The notes under the pieces were generated by a model. That model had not been told where the DNA came from. It searched no databases and saw nothing but the letters and a program-made list of their open reading frames with translations. This document shows positions 35,041 through 46,582 of a stretch of 64,000 bases of DNA, piece by piece. This stretch comes from a virus. Position 1 is the stretch's first letter. Every line of letters starts with the position of its first letter. Made by a program: the position numbers and the translations under genes. The stretch covers positions 1-64,000 of IMG/VR virus record IMGVR_UViG_3300047564_004575; one strand, given 5' to 3'.

Positions 35041-38000
35041 TTAACGCATCTTACGTCGATAGGTTCTTGCACCCTCGTCCTGTATTTGGGATTGGGATTT
35101 GCGGAAACTATCGGCGTTTGGTGTATTAATCACATAGGTCTGATTAAACTTATTGACCGTATTAGTGCGTGAATTATTGACCGATTGAGAAGTGTTAGCG
35201 CCGCCAGCATTGACTAGGTTTTCCCAATTGCCTTGATAGTTGCGAGATTGAGTAAATAGGCGATCGCTACCGTTAGCAAAGTTGGGGATTTTATCCCAAT
35301 TACCAGACCGTTTCAGAGCTTGGAATTTTTGAGCATCACCATTGAGAGTCGATAGAATAGCCTCACCGTCGTTCACTACTGCCAACATAGGCTTGCGACC
35401 TGTCATAGCTGATTCTTTAGCCATCACTTGGTCTAGACCATTAGCAAACTGAGGGATAAAAGAAGCACCTAGATTAACAAGGGAACCAAAGAAACCGGGT
35501 GAAGATTCAGAACCTTGTAATTGCGGAATAGCTTGCTGACCATAACCGAATAGATTAGATGCTTGCTCGGCTAAAAAGTTAGTGAATGGCATCATAACCA
35601 ATCGGTCAAATAATGTTGACGCAACAACGTCTAAAGTTTTAGTGAGAGCCTCAGTAAAGTTATTGGTTTGGAATACAGCTTCTTTCAAGTTTGCTCCTAG
35701 TTCCTTAACAAAAGGCACAGCCTCACTAAAGGATTGTTTTAAGTTGATATCAGCAATTTCTTGAGCCATTGCAACATATTGTGCCCGTTGATCACCTTCC
35801 AAACTTAATTCGTCAGCTTGAATATTTGCCCGTTTACTAGCAGTTGCCGCCATCAAACGAGCTTGGAGAATAGCGCCATCGTTTACCAACGTTCCGCCTA
35901 GATTATATTTAGCCGTGGACAGTTCCGCCATCTTGCCTACATATCCATCAACCAAAGCTAATTGCTCTTGTAAATAAGCGCGGTTTTGGGCATTAGATTG
36001 GGCAATTCCTTTAGTCGTTTCTAGTTGTTTTTTTGATGCCTCTAGTAGTTCAATTTGTTGGTCATATTGAGCGTAAGTTGTCTCTAGTCTGTCCAACTCA
36101 GCTTGTTTTTGTTCTTCACTGTAACCGGCAGCTTTAGCAATAACTTCTAAGTTGGCGATCGCCATTTCTTTGCCGTCAGTTAATCGAGTCATATCCCGAA
36201 TGGAATCAGAGATAGAACGTATTTGATTTTCATATTGGGAGGCAACATCTTGACCGGCTTGATTAACTTTTTGGGTAATCGTCAACCATCCTTTAGATGA
36301 CTCCGTTAACTGTTTAACGCTTAGGTTAGCATCATGAACACTGCGATTAGTGGACTCCAAACCGTCTTTTGTTGCGTTGACAAATTGCTGATAAGAGTCA
36401 ATTAATTGAGCGACATTTAATCGAGCTTGGGCATCAACTCCCGCCTGTTTTAGTGCATTTAACTTGTCGCCTAGTTTGTCAATATGTGCGACTTGAGCCA
36501 ACAAAGGATTAATGTCTTGGGGCTGATAAGCCTCCATCATATAGCCACCGACAGACGTATTTTGAGCAGATTCGTAAGAGCCAATCGGGTCAAAACCTTG
36601 GGGCAATGGTGGCGATTCTTGATAGGTAAATTGAGTAGGATAATTAACGTATTCAGGTTGTTGATAAAACTGCTCAGGAATTACATTACCAGCATTATTG
36701 ATAGGCGCATTAGACCCCATCGTAATAGTCGCCTGAGCTTTAATCATAGGCGGGGTTTGTTTCTGGAAATTATTATTTAACAGTTTCCGGTAACTTGCTT
36801 CCGATTGCCATTTCCAGTCATCACCAGCCCAGTAAACTTCTTTGCCATTACGGATTGCTTGCGATCCTAATGGGCGTTGACTGGCTTGTTGTTCTGATTG
36901 AATTTGAGTGCGTGCATTGGCAACCTGACGCTGTTGTTTAGCTTTTTGGAAATTAGCAATATCAACCATTCTTTCGTCAGGCGTTCTACCTACATATCGT
37001 TCAAATTGTCGCTGTAACTGAGCATCTATTGAGCGGTATTCAGCCAATTGTTTAATCAATACCTGTAAGTCTTTTTTGCTAATAGTAGACCCCAAAGCAT
37101 CGACATACATATTCATAAAGTTGCGAGCCAAGTTTAACCGTTGGGCCATTGGCGTTGTGGTATTAGCAGGATTGACTAACTCTTCTTTTTTAATAACCCT
37201 TGGCTTAGGCGCTGGTTTAGGGCTAGGTGATGGTTGGGCATTAGCCGGGGGGATTAGGCTGGGATTAGGGAAAGCATAGGGATTATCTTTTTTGATTTGT
37301 TGAACGGCACTTTTACCTGTCTCGCGTTTAGGTGTCACGAACGGTACTCGCAACGCATCATAACCAAAGTTTGCTACACCGTTTAAAAAGTTCTGAATAG
37401 GCTTAACAATAATCTCTTTTAACTGAGCATTCGATTCAAATTTAATCTCACCAGGATTAACGCCAAAGTTAAGGGATTGCATTTGATTGGTAGGCTGTTG
37501 TAACTGTCGTTGCATATTCAAAACCGAGTTAGCATACCCAGTCCCTTTACCTGTTCCAAGATTACCAAGCCCTGCATTGTAAGCAGCTAATGCTTTACGC
37601 CAATCCCCTGTTTTCTCATAAAGTAACCGCACATACTTCATGGCAATCTCGATGTTTTTCTGTACATCAAAACGGTCATTAGGATTATATCCAACATCTT
37701 TTGCTGCACCCCAACCTACCTGCATAGTGCCAACAAACGGGCCATATTTATCTTGGCTAGGAGACTTCATAATCTGCCCATCACTACGAGTATGACGATA
37801 GGTTCCTACGATAGGATTACCATTTTTGTCACGGGTTCCCGTTTCTTGGCTAGCCATCGCCAAGGCGATTTCAGCCGGTACATTAAATCGATTAGCGATG
37901 TTAACAATCACCGGCGTTAACGGATTATTGGCGACTCGCTGATTGTTCCAAATAGAAGATTGTACCCGTGTCTGTACTGGTAGTGTGGTCTGTTGTTGTA

Positions 38001-41000
38001 TCGGCTTAGGCTGTGAAATCTCACTAGGACTACCAGCAAAACCACCATACTGATTAGCAAAGTCTTTTAACCCTTGAATGTCTCCACGACTATAGGTACG
38101 GGTTGATTGAGTGGGTTGACTAACCCGATTATTCTTATCGCTCGGTACGGGGTCAATAGGACGATTTAAAGGAGTTGCGATCGCCCGACCATTCATAGCC
38201 TGTTGTGGTGGCGCTACCCGTTGAGCAAGGGGTAAAATCATCGCAGGATTGTAGCTAGGAACGCCCTGTAATTGACGGGTTAAATCTTGACCTTTAGCAC
38301 TAGATTTATCGGCACGATTCATTGCAATAGTCATGTCTTGAATTGACCGAATAAATCCCCTTGCCGCTTGTTTCATATTACGATCAAGGTCAAAGAATGA
38401 CCGATTCAATGTAATGACTTGACGGTTAAAATCACGGGTGGCATCTCGCTGTTTTTCTTCAAATTCCCTGATTTGACGTAACCGTCCGATGCGTTCTTTT
38501 TCCAAATTCAAAACATCAATTTTGATTTGTCGCTCATTAGTGTTGTTACTAAATACCGATTCGGTATAACGAAGCATAATGTCATTCAGTTGCCGCGCAA
38601 TACTGCCAGAATTACCAGGGGTGATAGATAGGTTATTAATCCGTAATTGAGTCAGTTCTAGCTGGTCTTGAGCATCATTAATTGCCTTACCAACGGATTC
38701 GACTTGAACATTAAAATCAAATGCCATGTCTTGGTAAGATTCGGCTAAAGCTCGATTACTACGCCGCAAACTAACACTGGCATCTGCTAACTGGAAACCT
38801 AAATCTTGTAGTGAACGTTGGTCTTGGATTTGTTGTGATTCAATTTGTAGCTTCAAATCCGCTACTTGACGGGCTGTATTGCGATAGTAATCTTCAAAAC
38901 CAAAGTCCTGGGTTAAATCATATTTTGCCTTAGCAATAGAGCTGCCTGCATTAGCTAGTTCGACTGACTGTTCCCTTACTCGACCACGTAATTCTTCAAT
39001 CTTAGATCGTTTCTCGGAGCTATCGCCAACATTAGAAATAGATAAAGCCTCTGCTAAAGCCTGCTCATTTTCCCGTAAGGTTTTAGCTAAAATAGCGTAG
39101 TCTTTTTTAGCCCCCTCAAGTGTTGTTTCTTGCACTTTCCGGTTAACAATCAAGCTACCTCCGCCCTGATTGTAGATATCTTCAGTGGACTTACTCAAGG
39201 CAATGGCGTTAACCGCCTTGACTCGATTCAAGGCTGATTCAACGTCTTGGATTTTATTGACAACCCGATCCCAAACATCCTCTAATGGTTTAGCAATCTG
39301 GGTTATTCCTTGACCGGCAAAATAATTCTTAATTTCTTCCGATAGTTGTTTTAACGGTTCTAGACGCTGTTCCGCTGCACGTTTAGCCGAGTCTTGCCAT
39401 CCAGAGTTATTGATTGCATCAGTCTGGGATTTAACAAAAGATTCTAAATCTTTAGAAAAAGAATCAAGTTCAATAAATGGCTTAGCCAGTTCTTTGCGGG
39501 TTTTAAGTAAATCATTTAATTCTTGGTCTAGCTTGCGAACTTCTGCCCGTGATTGTGCGGTATTCTCTAGCCCTAACGTCATGCGAAGGTCTTGCTTCGC
39601 TTTCATTTTTGCATCAATATCCTTGACTTCATTTAAAGCATTTAAAGCATTAGAACTTAGTGGTTTAGTTAAGTCGTTAACATCAAAGGTCGTATTACCT
39701 TTTGACAGTTGATTGATTGCGTTTTTATATTCTTGGTCAAACCCAATAACAGAATCAAGAAATTGATCTTTTGCTAGCGTTGGAATCTCATTAGCATTCT
39801 TAATGTAATAGTCTGACACGCCTAGTCGCTTAGCTTCTGCAATCCGTTTTTCTGACATCGACGTATCAGGAATTAAAGCATTAACAAAAGCAGATACCGG
39901 CGATTCTGTGACAAACGGGATTCGAGGGAGTTTCGGTAGCTTGTTAATTGCGTTAGATAGGGATAACACAACATCTCGCATCTTGCCCATTGCGCCAGTA
40001 GATGAGTTAATTTTATTAATCAAGTCATCAGACTTAAATGATTTCTCAGAACGTCCCATGAATATAGCTTCAAGATTAAGCTCTAGTCCCTTAGACGGTA
40101 ATTTGATAGAGCTAATCGTTTTACCCGTTTTTGCACCCTGTTCCTCTAATGTTTTTAATGCTACTTTCATCGCATCTACTGAACCGATAAATGCTTTTCG
40201 CGCTTTGTTAGATTCGGATTCGACAGTGTTAGAAAAGTCGCTGCGAGCAAAAGCCATCATGGCGACTGCTAAGCCTGCTTCAGCAGCTAACATAGCACCA
40301 CCCATCAGAATCTTTTTAGCCGCCATCTGCTTCATGCGACGATTTAGTAATTCGTCACGTTGGGACTCATAACGGACTAGAGAATCATTCTCAGGGGATG
40401 ACCCCAGATCTTTTTGATATAACCGCTTAAGTTCCCTTAATTCTTGTTGTTTTGCCTTGATAGCGTCTTGACGAGTGATAATGTTGCCACTATTGTTTTG
40501 TTCTTGATCACGAAATCCTTCGATTATATTGTTCCGGTCTTGTTTATATTGATTTAACCTTTGATTGCGTTTTTGTTCTGTCGCTAATTTGCGTTGGACA
40601 TTATATTGTTCTTTTATTTGTCGCAATTCAACTTCATTCATCGCAATAGCATCTTTGCGACTAATCTTATTGTTTTCCATCGATTCATTAATTAGTGCCT
40701 CTCTTCGTTCTTTATAGTCTTTTAAATCATTCGAAACGGTATCAATTCTTAGTTGTTTAAACTCATTACTATACTGCTTAAAAACATCGGCTGGTTTAAC
40801 ACCACCTACTGCGATTAACGTACCCCCCATTAAATCACCCATAGTACGCTTCATTGTTCGCATATTGACAACGGCATCGCTTATCGCTTTGCCCCATCCT
40901 ATTACTGCCAATGACAAGTTTTTAAAAGTAGGAACCAAGAAAAGGTTAGCTAGTACCCTTACTTGCTCAAACATAAAGACGAGGGATAGCATCTCAATCA

Positions 41001-44000
41001 CCCCGCCTGGTATCGCTTTTTTGATACTTTCAATCCCTTTTACAACCGGCTCAAAAATATTCTTAGACTCCTTAAATGGATCGAACATTGCTCCCATGTC
41101 GGCATCGCGCATATAGCGGTCAGCTACTGTAAAACCAGCGACAAACATATTGCCGACACCACGACTCATGTTTTCCATGACATTGTTTTGGGTTCCAAAA
41201 AGATCGTCTACAATGTCTGCTACGGTGCCAATGATGAACGGGGTTAATGTTCCTAGTGAATTTTTGAAGGCTGACAATAACAGATTACTTCCCCCTTTAG
41301 CCATATTGGCGATCGCAGGGGTTTTCATGATGAAAGATAAACCAATACCAATTGATGCCCATACTGCAATCAACCCGGATACTGCCAAGGCGTTTAAGAT
41401 TTTAAAGTTGTCCGCCATGAAGTTCAGGATGTTACCCCACGTATTTTTTACGAAGGTAAATAATCCGCCATACGTATCAGCAAAGTTTTTATTGATTTTG
41501 AAGTTAATGTTTTCTAACCGACTACTTGCCGCGGCGTAATTATCACCCATCGATAAAGCGACAGACCCGAAGTCATCTTTTAATACTTTGGTGACACCTG
41601 TTACCCATTTCTCAGTACCGATAGCACCACGGCTAACCATGTCATCTAATCCCGCCGTAGTGGTATCTAATGCCTTAGCAAAAACACTCATTGCAGGGGG
41701 AAATCGCTCACCTAATTGTTGACGCAATTCCTCCATGCTAATCCTGCCCTTTGCCAACATTTGAGTGTAAGCCATAAAGATTAGGTCAGCATCTTGGGTA
41801 CTTAACCCCAACGCTCGGATTGAAGCAGAAATACCCTCAAACAAATCCATCATCTCCTGTCCTGTGAGGTTGGTATTTTGAGCGGCGATCGCCATCTGAG
41901 AAAAGTTTTGTACAGCCGGTTCGACGGGTATAGAATACTTGTTAGCAATATCAGTGATTTTTTGTTGTTTTTCTTCCCCTAACTCTGAAGTTCCCTCAAG
42001 TGTTATAAATCGTTGCTTGATAGGCTCCTGTTGTAATAATGCTTGGTCTATTCGCTGTACAACCGGAGCAACTAAGCTACCGACTGCCAATGTTGCCATA
42101 GCAGGGGGGACTAAAGGCATAAATAGAGGAGCTGCGGCGATCGCGGGCATTAATTGAGGTGTAAATGTAGATGCCCCAGCCATTGCAAAGGTGACAATTT
42201 GACTCATTAAGTTACCGTCTAGTCCGGTTTTTTCACCTAAAGAAGTCCGAATTTTGCGCATAAAATTGTCATAATACTCGACAGTCCCTTCTCCCAAATT
42301 CTTCTCAGCGGTATCGCGTATTTTGTCAATTAACTTTGATTCATCAGCTCGTTTATAGATAGATTCCCCACCTTGTTTTGCAGCAAAAAACAGAGAAGAC
42401 AATCCAACGGATTTTAGTAATCCTTTAATGCCACCTACCACCGGATTATCACCTAGTTGATTGTCGGCAATGTTATCTAATAAACGACTTGCAATAGAAG
42501 CTCGTCGATCCGTCCCAATCGTCTCTTTAATTGCGTTTTGTACTTCTTGGGTTACATTACCAGTGCCTATCTGATTACCTTGCTGATTAACGCCAAATCC
42601 TTGGGTAGCTCGTTTTTCCTGTTCATCATTATTCCTGCTACCAAAGAATCTTTTAACACGACTACTAAGTTTAGAGATAATGCCTTCATTGATGCTGACA
42701 ACATCTTCAAATACCTGGTCGGCAACAGTTGTCATCACCTTATCTTTTTTGGCTTTTACGCTATCTCTGAATTGACGTTCTTTTAAAGCGATCGCATCTA
42801 TAGACTTCTGATAACGTTCAAACTCCCGTAAACGCTGTTCCTTGACTTTAATTAGTTCATCTTGGGCACTACGATTTTGTGCAATAGCAATTTGCTCTTT
42901 CCTTGCAATATCACGCTGTTCTTTGGCTTCTTTTTGATTAACATTAGCCAGCAACCCATTGTAGCGAGTTTCAATAGCGGGGGATAAATCCTGGTATTGA
43001 TTTAATTCAGTTTGACGATTTTGTTTAGCCGCATTACGACGACGATTAAACTGTTCACGGATGCGTTTTTGTGATTCCTGACTACGACCATCTAATGATC
43101 GCAACATGGCAACTTGTAATCCATTGTCAAGTTCATCATATTTTTTATTGATTTCATCACGGGCGATTTTATTGTTAGCATCAATCTCCCTCGATTCTGC
43201 TAACTCTTTATTCATTCGTTGGGTGATTTTAGCTCTTACAGCATTATATTTGGAGCTTACGTCATTACGTTGTGACCCGATATCACTAAGGCTAGATTCT
43301 AGCTGATCAGCCAACAATTGATTACTTTTATCAAAATCTTGCTGAACTTTATTGACAGCATCTTTTAATCCAACGCCATACCGTTCAAAAAACTTTTTAT
43401 CAACTTTTGACTTAGCAGTTCTCAAAAACGCAATGTAATTATTGACATCGTTAGAGACTAAATCTAATCCGCCAATGGTCGTAATTTTATCCATCTTAGA
43501 TAAAATCTGACCGCCATCATTTAGGCTTGTTTTTGGTATTTTGTTGCCATTGCCAGTAGGGACAGGAATATTATTTAATGTTGTAGGATTGTAGATCTTT
43601 GCAAATTGGTCTTCGGCAAATCCAATTCGCCCCGCTTCGTTTTTACCTAGAGCAAAAAGCTTAACTGAATTAGCAGTAATGGAGTCAATTTTTTGATTAA
43701 CAAATTTAGCAGTCTTATCCCAATTCTTACGAATCCAGTCAGTGGGGCCAGGTGAACCTTCAGACATATTTTTTTGTAACGGATAGGCTTGTTTTTTAGC
43801 CGTTTCCGTCATCTCCCACATATCATCTTGTACAGCTTTCTTGGTTTTCTCCCAATTTTCTTCTATTTTTTTATTCTCATTTTTTGATGCCTTTATTTTA
43901 GTAATATCAGGCATTTCAACAGCGTCAGCATCAAGGGTTACGCCTTTAAATGCCGACTCATCCATTTTGTATTTTTTGACATCAAAACCAAATCCTTTAC

Positions 44001-46251
44001 CTTGCTCTTCTAGTCGCTTAACTTGAGCTTTAAAAGCACTAGATAAAGAAGCAATATCACCCTTCATTCTGTCCAACGGGTCAATAGTTCCCCGCATTTT
44101 AGCTAAGAATTCAAACGTTACTTTTTGAGCTGCTTTATATTGTGATTCCCAGTCACTTTGAACAGTGGACTGAATGATAGGATCTAACTGTTTAAATTCA
44201 GCCGGCTTGAGTTGTTTTAAGCCTGGCAATGCTACCGATTGAGGCATAAAATCGCCTTGATTAGCCCGTTCAATTCCCGCAGCCTTTGGTAAATACTCTC
44301 CAATTAACTTACGTTGATTTGCAGGCAAGGTCGGCAAGTAAGCATCAAGATTCTGAGCTTTTTCAATCAACTTAGATACTTTACTAGATGCAACCTTACC
44401 TACACTCTCAATCTGTCTATAAAGTTTAGGCTGTTCTGTAGATGGGGCGATCGCCTCAGTGATTTTGTTTTGAGCTTTCTTAGCCCCCGCCTCACCCAAT
44501 ACCCGTAAACTTTGACCACCCAAGACAGCCGCACCGATTTCAGCCCCTCCACCCGTAACAAAACCGACTGCGGTTTGAATAGCAGACTGGAGATTACCAA
44601 TGATGGCATTGGCTAATGGATTGCCCATAGCACTAGGTAGAACGCCGGTAATTTCTCGAACCAATCCGCTAATCGTTTGAACAAACCCCGCCTCTAACGG
44701 ATTAACCCCACTGGCGATCGCATCCTTCACTAGATGGGTAATCAACTGTGCGATTTGATGTCCCCCTGGTAACTGAGAGATACCGGCAAAAGCCGCAGTC
44801 GGGATAGCAATTTTAGCAGTGGTTTGAATAGCACCTTTCGCTTTGTTGGGCATCCCCATCGGGTCTAGAGAAAACACACCTTGCTCGATTGCTTTCGCAC
44901 CCTTGTACCCAGCTTGACCAATTCCTATTGCTCCCCTTACCCCTGCCTTGGCTGATTCGACTAATGTGGAGATAGCTTCTCCCTTTAAATCCCCAGCCGC
45001 CAACTTTCCCTTCTCCGCCATCAAACTAACGGATTGTTTCGGCTTAGTCAGGTAATCCATGACCGTTGGATTATCCGTAGTCCGTACAATGACATCACTA
45101 TCAACTTTTGCCCCTTTTTGATATTCAATTAATCGGTCACGATACCCCTTCATTACAGGGTCATCACCGACATCACCGATTGTTTTTAGTTGGCTAGAAA
45201 TATCGTTCTTGATTTGTCGAACTTGTTTATAGTCATTACTATTTACCGCTAAATCTAAACGACTAGACAGTTCACCGATTAACTTTTCAGCATCACGATA
45301 CTGTTTTAACTTGGCTGATACTTGTCCAGAAACAGCATTTAAAGTAGCAGACAATTTGGCGATCGCATCAATCTGTAAATTGACTTGCTGCCCCATCGCA
45401 ATTACTTCTGCATTGGATGGGATACCTTTAGCCCCAATCGTTTTATTTGATTCTCTTAAATTTTCCTTGATTGTTTTTGACTGTTGTTTTAAATCATCAA
45501 TAACAGCCTTTTCTTTGTCTAAACCTTTTGACTTCGATACTGACTTGGAAACACTACCAAGTAAGTCATCAACATCATCCATCTGGGATTGATACTGTTT
45601 AATCCTTTCAGCTTCTTTTTTCTTAGCTTGTACATTCGGGAAAGCGTAACTGATCGTAGAGTCAGCCGCTTTTTTACCCATATCTTTTAAGTCAACATTT
45701 AAGTCTTGACTTAAAATAGACATAAAGCCTTCAGACAATTCTTTCGATATAGTCTGACCAAACCCTTCAAAAAAGCCCCTACCAATACCGGCTAATGGCG
45801 CAGTAGCAATATCTCCAAATTTATTAACTACTTTCTTTATTTCCCCGGTAAGCTTTTGTTCAACCTCATTAAATAAAGTCCCTGAACCGTAACCCTTGTC
45901 TTGACCCTGCCCCCCAGTACTACGATTAGACTGAGCACTATGATTATTTTTTTCACGCTCTTCTCTTAGCTCTTTTAATGATTCCTTGACTTCATCTACT
46001 TCAGATGTATCTACGCCAATAACAATAGGATTCTTTTTATAAAACTCTACGGTTTCCGATAAGTGATCCTGCTTAACATCCAAAAGCTTGTTTAAATCAT
46101 GCAAAGCTTTGGCGTTTACTTTAGGATTAATTGCGCCTGCCCGTTCAATCCGAGACAATTTAGCCATTGCTTTATTGACGGCACTATCAATATCACGGCT
46201 CAATTGAGAGTCATCAGCAACTAATTCTAAAACCAAAGTCTCAAGATTCAT
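35041..46251 (-). CDS. tape measure protein with lytic transglycosylase domain
   Basis: 3736 aa, coiled-coil rich; AYTQMLAKGRISMEELRQQLGERFP tape-measure motif; SLT motifs MASQET...GTMQV...ALAAYNAG; C-terminal NADSFRKSQSQI. Confidence 0.92.
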   Translation of the reverse strand: MNLETLVLELVADDSQLSRDIDSAVNKAMAKLSRIERAGAINPKVNAKALHDLNKLLDVKQDHLSETVEFYKKNPIVIGVDTSEVDEVKESLKELREEREKNNHSAQSNRSTGGQGQDKGYGSGTLFNEVEQKLTGEIKKVVNKFGDIATAPLAGIGRGFFEGFGQTISKELSEGFMSILSQDLNVDLKDMGKKAADSTISYAFPNVQAKKKEAERIKQYQSQMDDVDDLLGSVSKSVSKSKGLDKEKAVIDDLKQQSKTIKENLRESNKTIGAKGIPSNAEVIAMGQQVNLQIDAIAKLSATLNAVSGQVSAKLKQYRDAEKLIGELSSRLDLAVNSNDYKQVRQIKNDISSQLKTIGDVGDDPVMKGYRDRLIEYQKGAKVDSDVIVRTTDNPTVMDYLTKPKQSVSLMAEKGKLAAGDLKGEAISTLVESAKAGVRGAIGIGQAGYKGAKAIEQGVFSLDPMGMPNKAKGAIQTTAKIAIPTAAFAGISQLPGGHQIAQLITHLVKDAIASGVNPLEAGFVQTISGLVREITGVLPSAMGNPLANAIIGNLQSAIQTAVGFVTGGGAEIGAAVLGGQSLRVLGEAGAKKAQNKITEAIAPSTEQPKLYRQIESVGKVASSKVSKLIEKAQNLDAYLPTLPANQRKLIGEYLPKAAGIERANQGDFMPQSVALPGLKQLKPAEFKQLDPIIQSTVQSDWESQYKAAQKVTFEFLAKMRGTIDPLDRMKGDIASLSSAFKAQVKRLEEQGKGFGFDVKKYKMDESAFKGVTLDADAVEMPDITKIKASKNENKKIEENWEKTKKAVQDDMWEMTETAKKQAYPLQKNMSEGSPGPTDWIRKNWDKTAKFVNQKIDSITANSVKLFALGKNEAGRIGFAEDQFAKIYNPTTLNNIPVPTGNGNKIPKTSLNDGGQILSKMDKITTIGGLDLVSNDVNNYIAFLRTAKSKVDKKFFERYGVGLKDAVNKVQQDFDKSNQLLADQLESSLSDIGSQRNDVSSKYNAVRAKITQRMNKELAESREIDANNKIARDEINKKYDELDNGLQVAMLRSLDGRSQESQKRIREQFNRRRNAAKQNRQTELNQYQDLSPAIETRYNGLLANVNQKEAKEQRDIARKEQIAIAQNRSAQDELIKVKEQRLREFERYQKSIDAIALKERQFRDSVKAKKDKVMTTVADQVFEDVVSINEGIISKLSSRVKRFFGSRNNDEQEKRATQGFGVNQQGNQIGTGNVTQEVQNAIKETIGTDRRASIASRLLDNIADNQLGDNPVVGGIKGLLKSVGLSSLFFAAKQGGESIYKRADESKLIDKIRDTAEKNLGEGTVEYYDNFMRKIRTSLGEKTGLDGNLMSQIVTFAMAGASTFTPQLMPAIAAAPLFMPLVPPAMATLAVGSLVAPVVQRIDQALLQQEPIKQRFITLEGTSELGEEKQQKITDIANKYSIPVEPAVQNFSQMAIAAQNTNLTGQEMMDLFEGISASIRALGLSTQDADLIFMAYTQMLAKGRISMEELRQQLGERFPPAMSVFAKALDTTTAGLDDMVSRGAIGTEKWVTGVTKVLKDDFGSVALSMGDNYAAASSRLENINFKINKNFADTYGGLFTFVKNTWGNILNFMADNFKILNALAVSGLIAVWASIGIGLSFIMKTPAIANMAKGGSNLLLSAFKNSLGTLTPFIIGTVADIVDDLFGTQNNVMENMSRGVGNMFVAGFTVADRYMRDADMGAMFDPFKESKNIFEPVVKGIESIKKAIPGGVIEMLSLVFMFEQVRVLANLFLVPTFKNLSLAVIGWGKAISDAVVNMRTMKRTMGDLMGGTLIAVGGVKPADVFKQYSNEFKQLRIDTVSNDLKDYKERREALINESMENNKISRKDAIAMNEVELRQIKEQYNVQRKLATEQKRNQRLNQYKQDRNNIIEGFRDQEQNNSGNIITRQDAIKAKQQELRELKRLYQKDLGSSPENDSLVRYESQRDELLNRRMKQMAAKKILMGGAMLAAEAGLAVAMMAFARSDFSNTVESESNKARKAFIGSVDAMKVALKTLEEQGAKTGKTISSIKLPSKGLELNLEAIFMGRSEKSFKSDDLINKINSSTGAMGKMRDVVLSLSNAINKLPKLPRIPFVTESPVSAFVNALIPDTSMSEKRIAEAKRLGVSDYYIKNANEIPTLAKDQFLDSVIGFDQEYKNAINQLSKGNTTFDVNDLTKPLSSNALNALNEVKDIDAKMKAKQDLRMTLGLENTAQSRAEVRKLDQELNDLLKTRKELAKPFIELDSFSKDLESFVKSQTDAINNSGWQDSAKRAAEQRLEPLKQLSEEIKNYFAGQGITQIAKPLEDVWDRVVNKIQDVESALNRVKAVNAIALSKSTEDIYNQGGGSLIVNRKVQETTLEGAKKDYAILAKTLRENEQALAEALSISNVGDSSEKRSKIEELRGRVREQSVELANAGSSIAKAKYDLTQDFGFEDYYRNTARQVADLKLQIESQQIQDQRSLQDLGFQLADASVSLRRSNRALAESYQDMAFDFNVQVESVGKAINDAQDQLELTQLRINNLSITPGNSGSIARQLNDIMLRYTESVFSNNTNERQIKIDVLNLEKERIGRLRQIREFEEKQRDATRDFNRQVITLNRSFFDLDRNMKQAARGFIRSIQDMTIAMNRADKSSAKGQDLTRQLQGVPSYNPAMILPLAQRVAPPQQAMNGRAIATPLNRPIDPVPSDKNNRVSQPTQSTRTYSRGDIQGLKDFANQYGGFAGSPSEISQPKPIQQQTTLPVQTRVQSSIWNNQRVANNPLTPVIVNIANRFNVPAEIALAMASQETGTRDKNGNPIVGTYRHTRSDGQIMKSPSQDKYGPFVGTMQVGWGAAKDVGYNPNDRFDVQKNIEIAMKYVRLLYEKTGDWRKALAAYNAGLGNLGTGKGTGYANSVLNMQRQLQQPTNQMQSLNFGVNPGEIKFESNAQLKEIIVKPIQNFLNGVANFGYDALRVPFVTPKRETGKSAVQQIKKDNPYAFPNPSLIPPANAQPSPSPKPAPKPRVIKKEELVNPANTTTPMAQRLNLARNFMNMYVDALGSTISKKDLQVLIKQLAEYRSIDAQLQRQFERYVGRTPDERMVDIANFQKAKQQRQVANARTQIQSEQQASQRPLGSQAIRNGKEVYWAGDDWKWQSEASYRKLLNNNFQKQTPPMIKAQATITMGSNAPINNAGNVIPEQFYQQPEYVNYPTQFTYQESPPLPQGFDPIGSYESAQNTSVGGYMMEAYQPQDINPLLAQVAHIDKLGDKLNALKQAGVDAQARLNVAQLIDSYQQFVNATKDGLESTNRSVHDANLSVKQLTESSKGWLTITQKVNQAGQDVASQYENQIRSISDSIRDMTRLTDGKEMAIANLEVIAKAAGYSEEQKQAELDRLETTYAQYDQQIELLEASKKQLETTKGIAQSNAQNRAYLQEQLALVDGYVGKMAELSTAKYNLGGTLVNDGAILQARLMAATASKRANIQADELSLEGDQRAQYVAMAQEIADINLKQSFSEAVPFVKELGANLKEAVFQTNNFTEALTKTLDVVASTLFDRLVMMPFTNFLAEQASNLFGYGQQAIPQLQGSESSPGFFGSLVNLGASFIPQFANGLDQVMAKESAMTGRKPMLAVVNDGEAILSTLNGDAQKFQALKRSGNWDKIPNFANGSDRLFTQSRNYQGNWENLVNAGGANTSQSVNNSRTNTVNKFNQTYVINTPNADSFRKSQSQIQDEGARTYRRKMR

Positions 46252-46262
46252 ATCTCACCTAA

Positions 46263-46553
46263 TTAGCCTTCATTATTTATATTAAGACATTGATCCAAGT
46301 GCATCTGCTTATCCAAAAACATCACTGTTAATCCTTCCATTTCTATTTCTAATGGGCAGTCCCTTTCATAACAATCCACTGCTTGATCGACTAAATCACC
46401 AAAGTCATCTAATAAACATTTAACATACTTTGGATTGGTCTTTTCATCGCTCACGTTATTGCCGGAGTTATAACTTAAACCAATAGACCCCCCCAGTAAA
46501 AATCCTAAAATAAAGATAGTAGTGCCAACAAATAAACCCAACAAAAACGCCAT
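46263..46553 (-). CDS. membrane-anchored hypothetical protein
   Basis: N-terminal hydrophobic helix. Confidence 0.5.
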   Translation of the reverse strand: MAFLLGLFVGTTIFILGFLLGGSIGLSYNSGNNVSDEKTNPKYVKCLLDDFGDLVDQAVDCYERDCPLEIEMEGLTVMFLDKQMHLDQCLNINNEG

Positions 46554-46582
46554 TTTAACCTCTAATTGTTAATAATATTCTA

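Noticed and set aside
35582-45592. Many + strand ORFs inside the tape measure gene (and similar antisense ORFs elsewhere)
   Set aside because: Shadow ORFs antisense to a long real gene; no RBS or motif support
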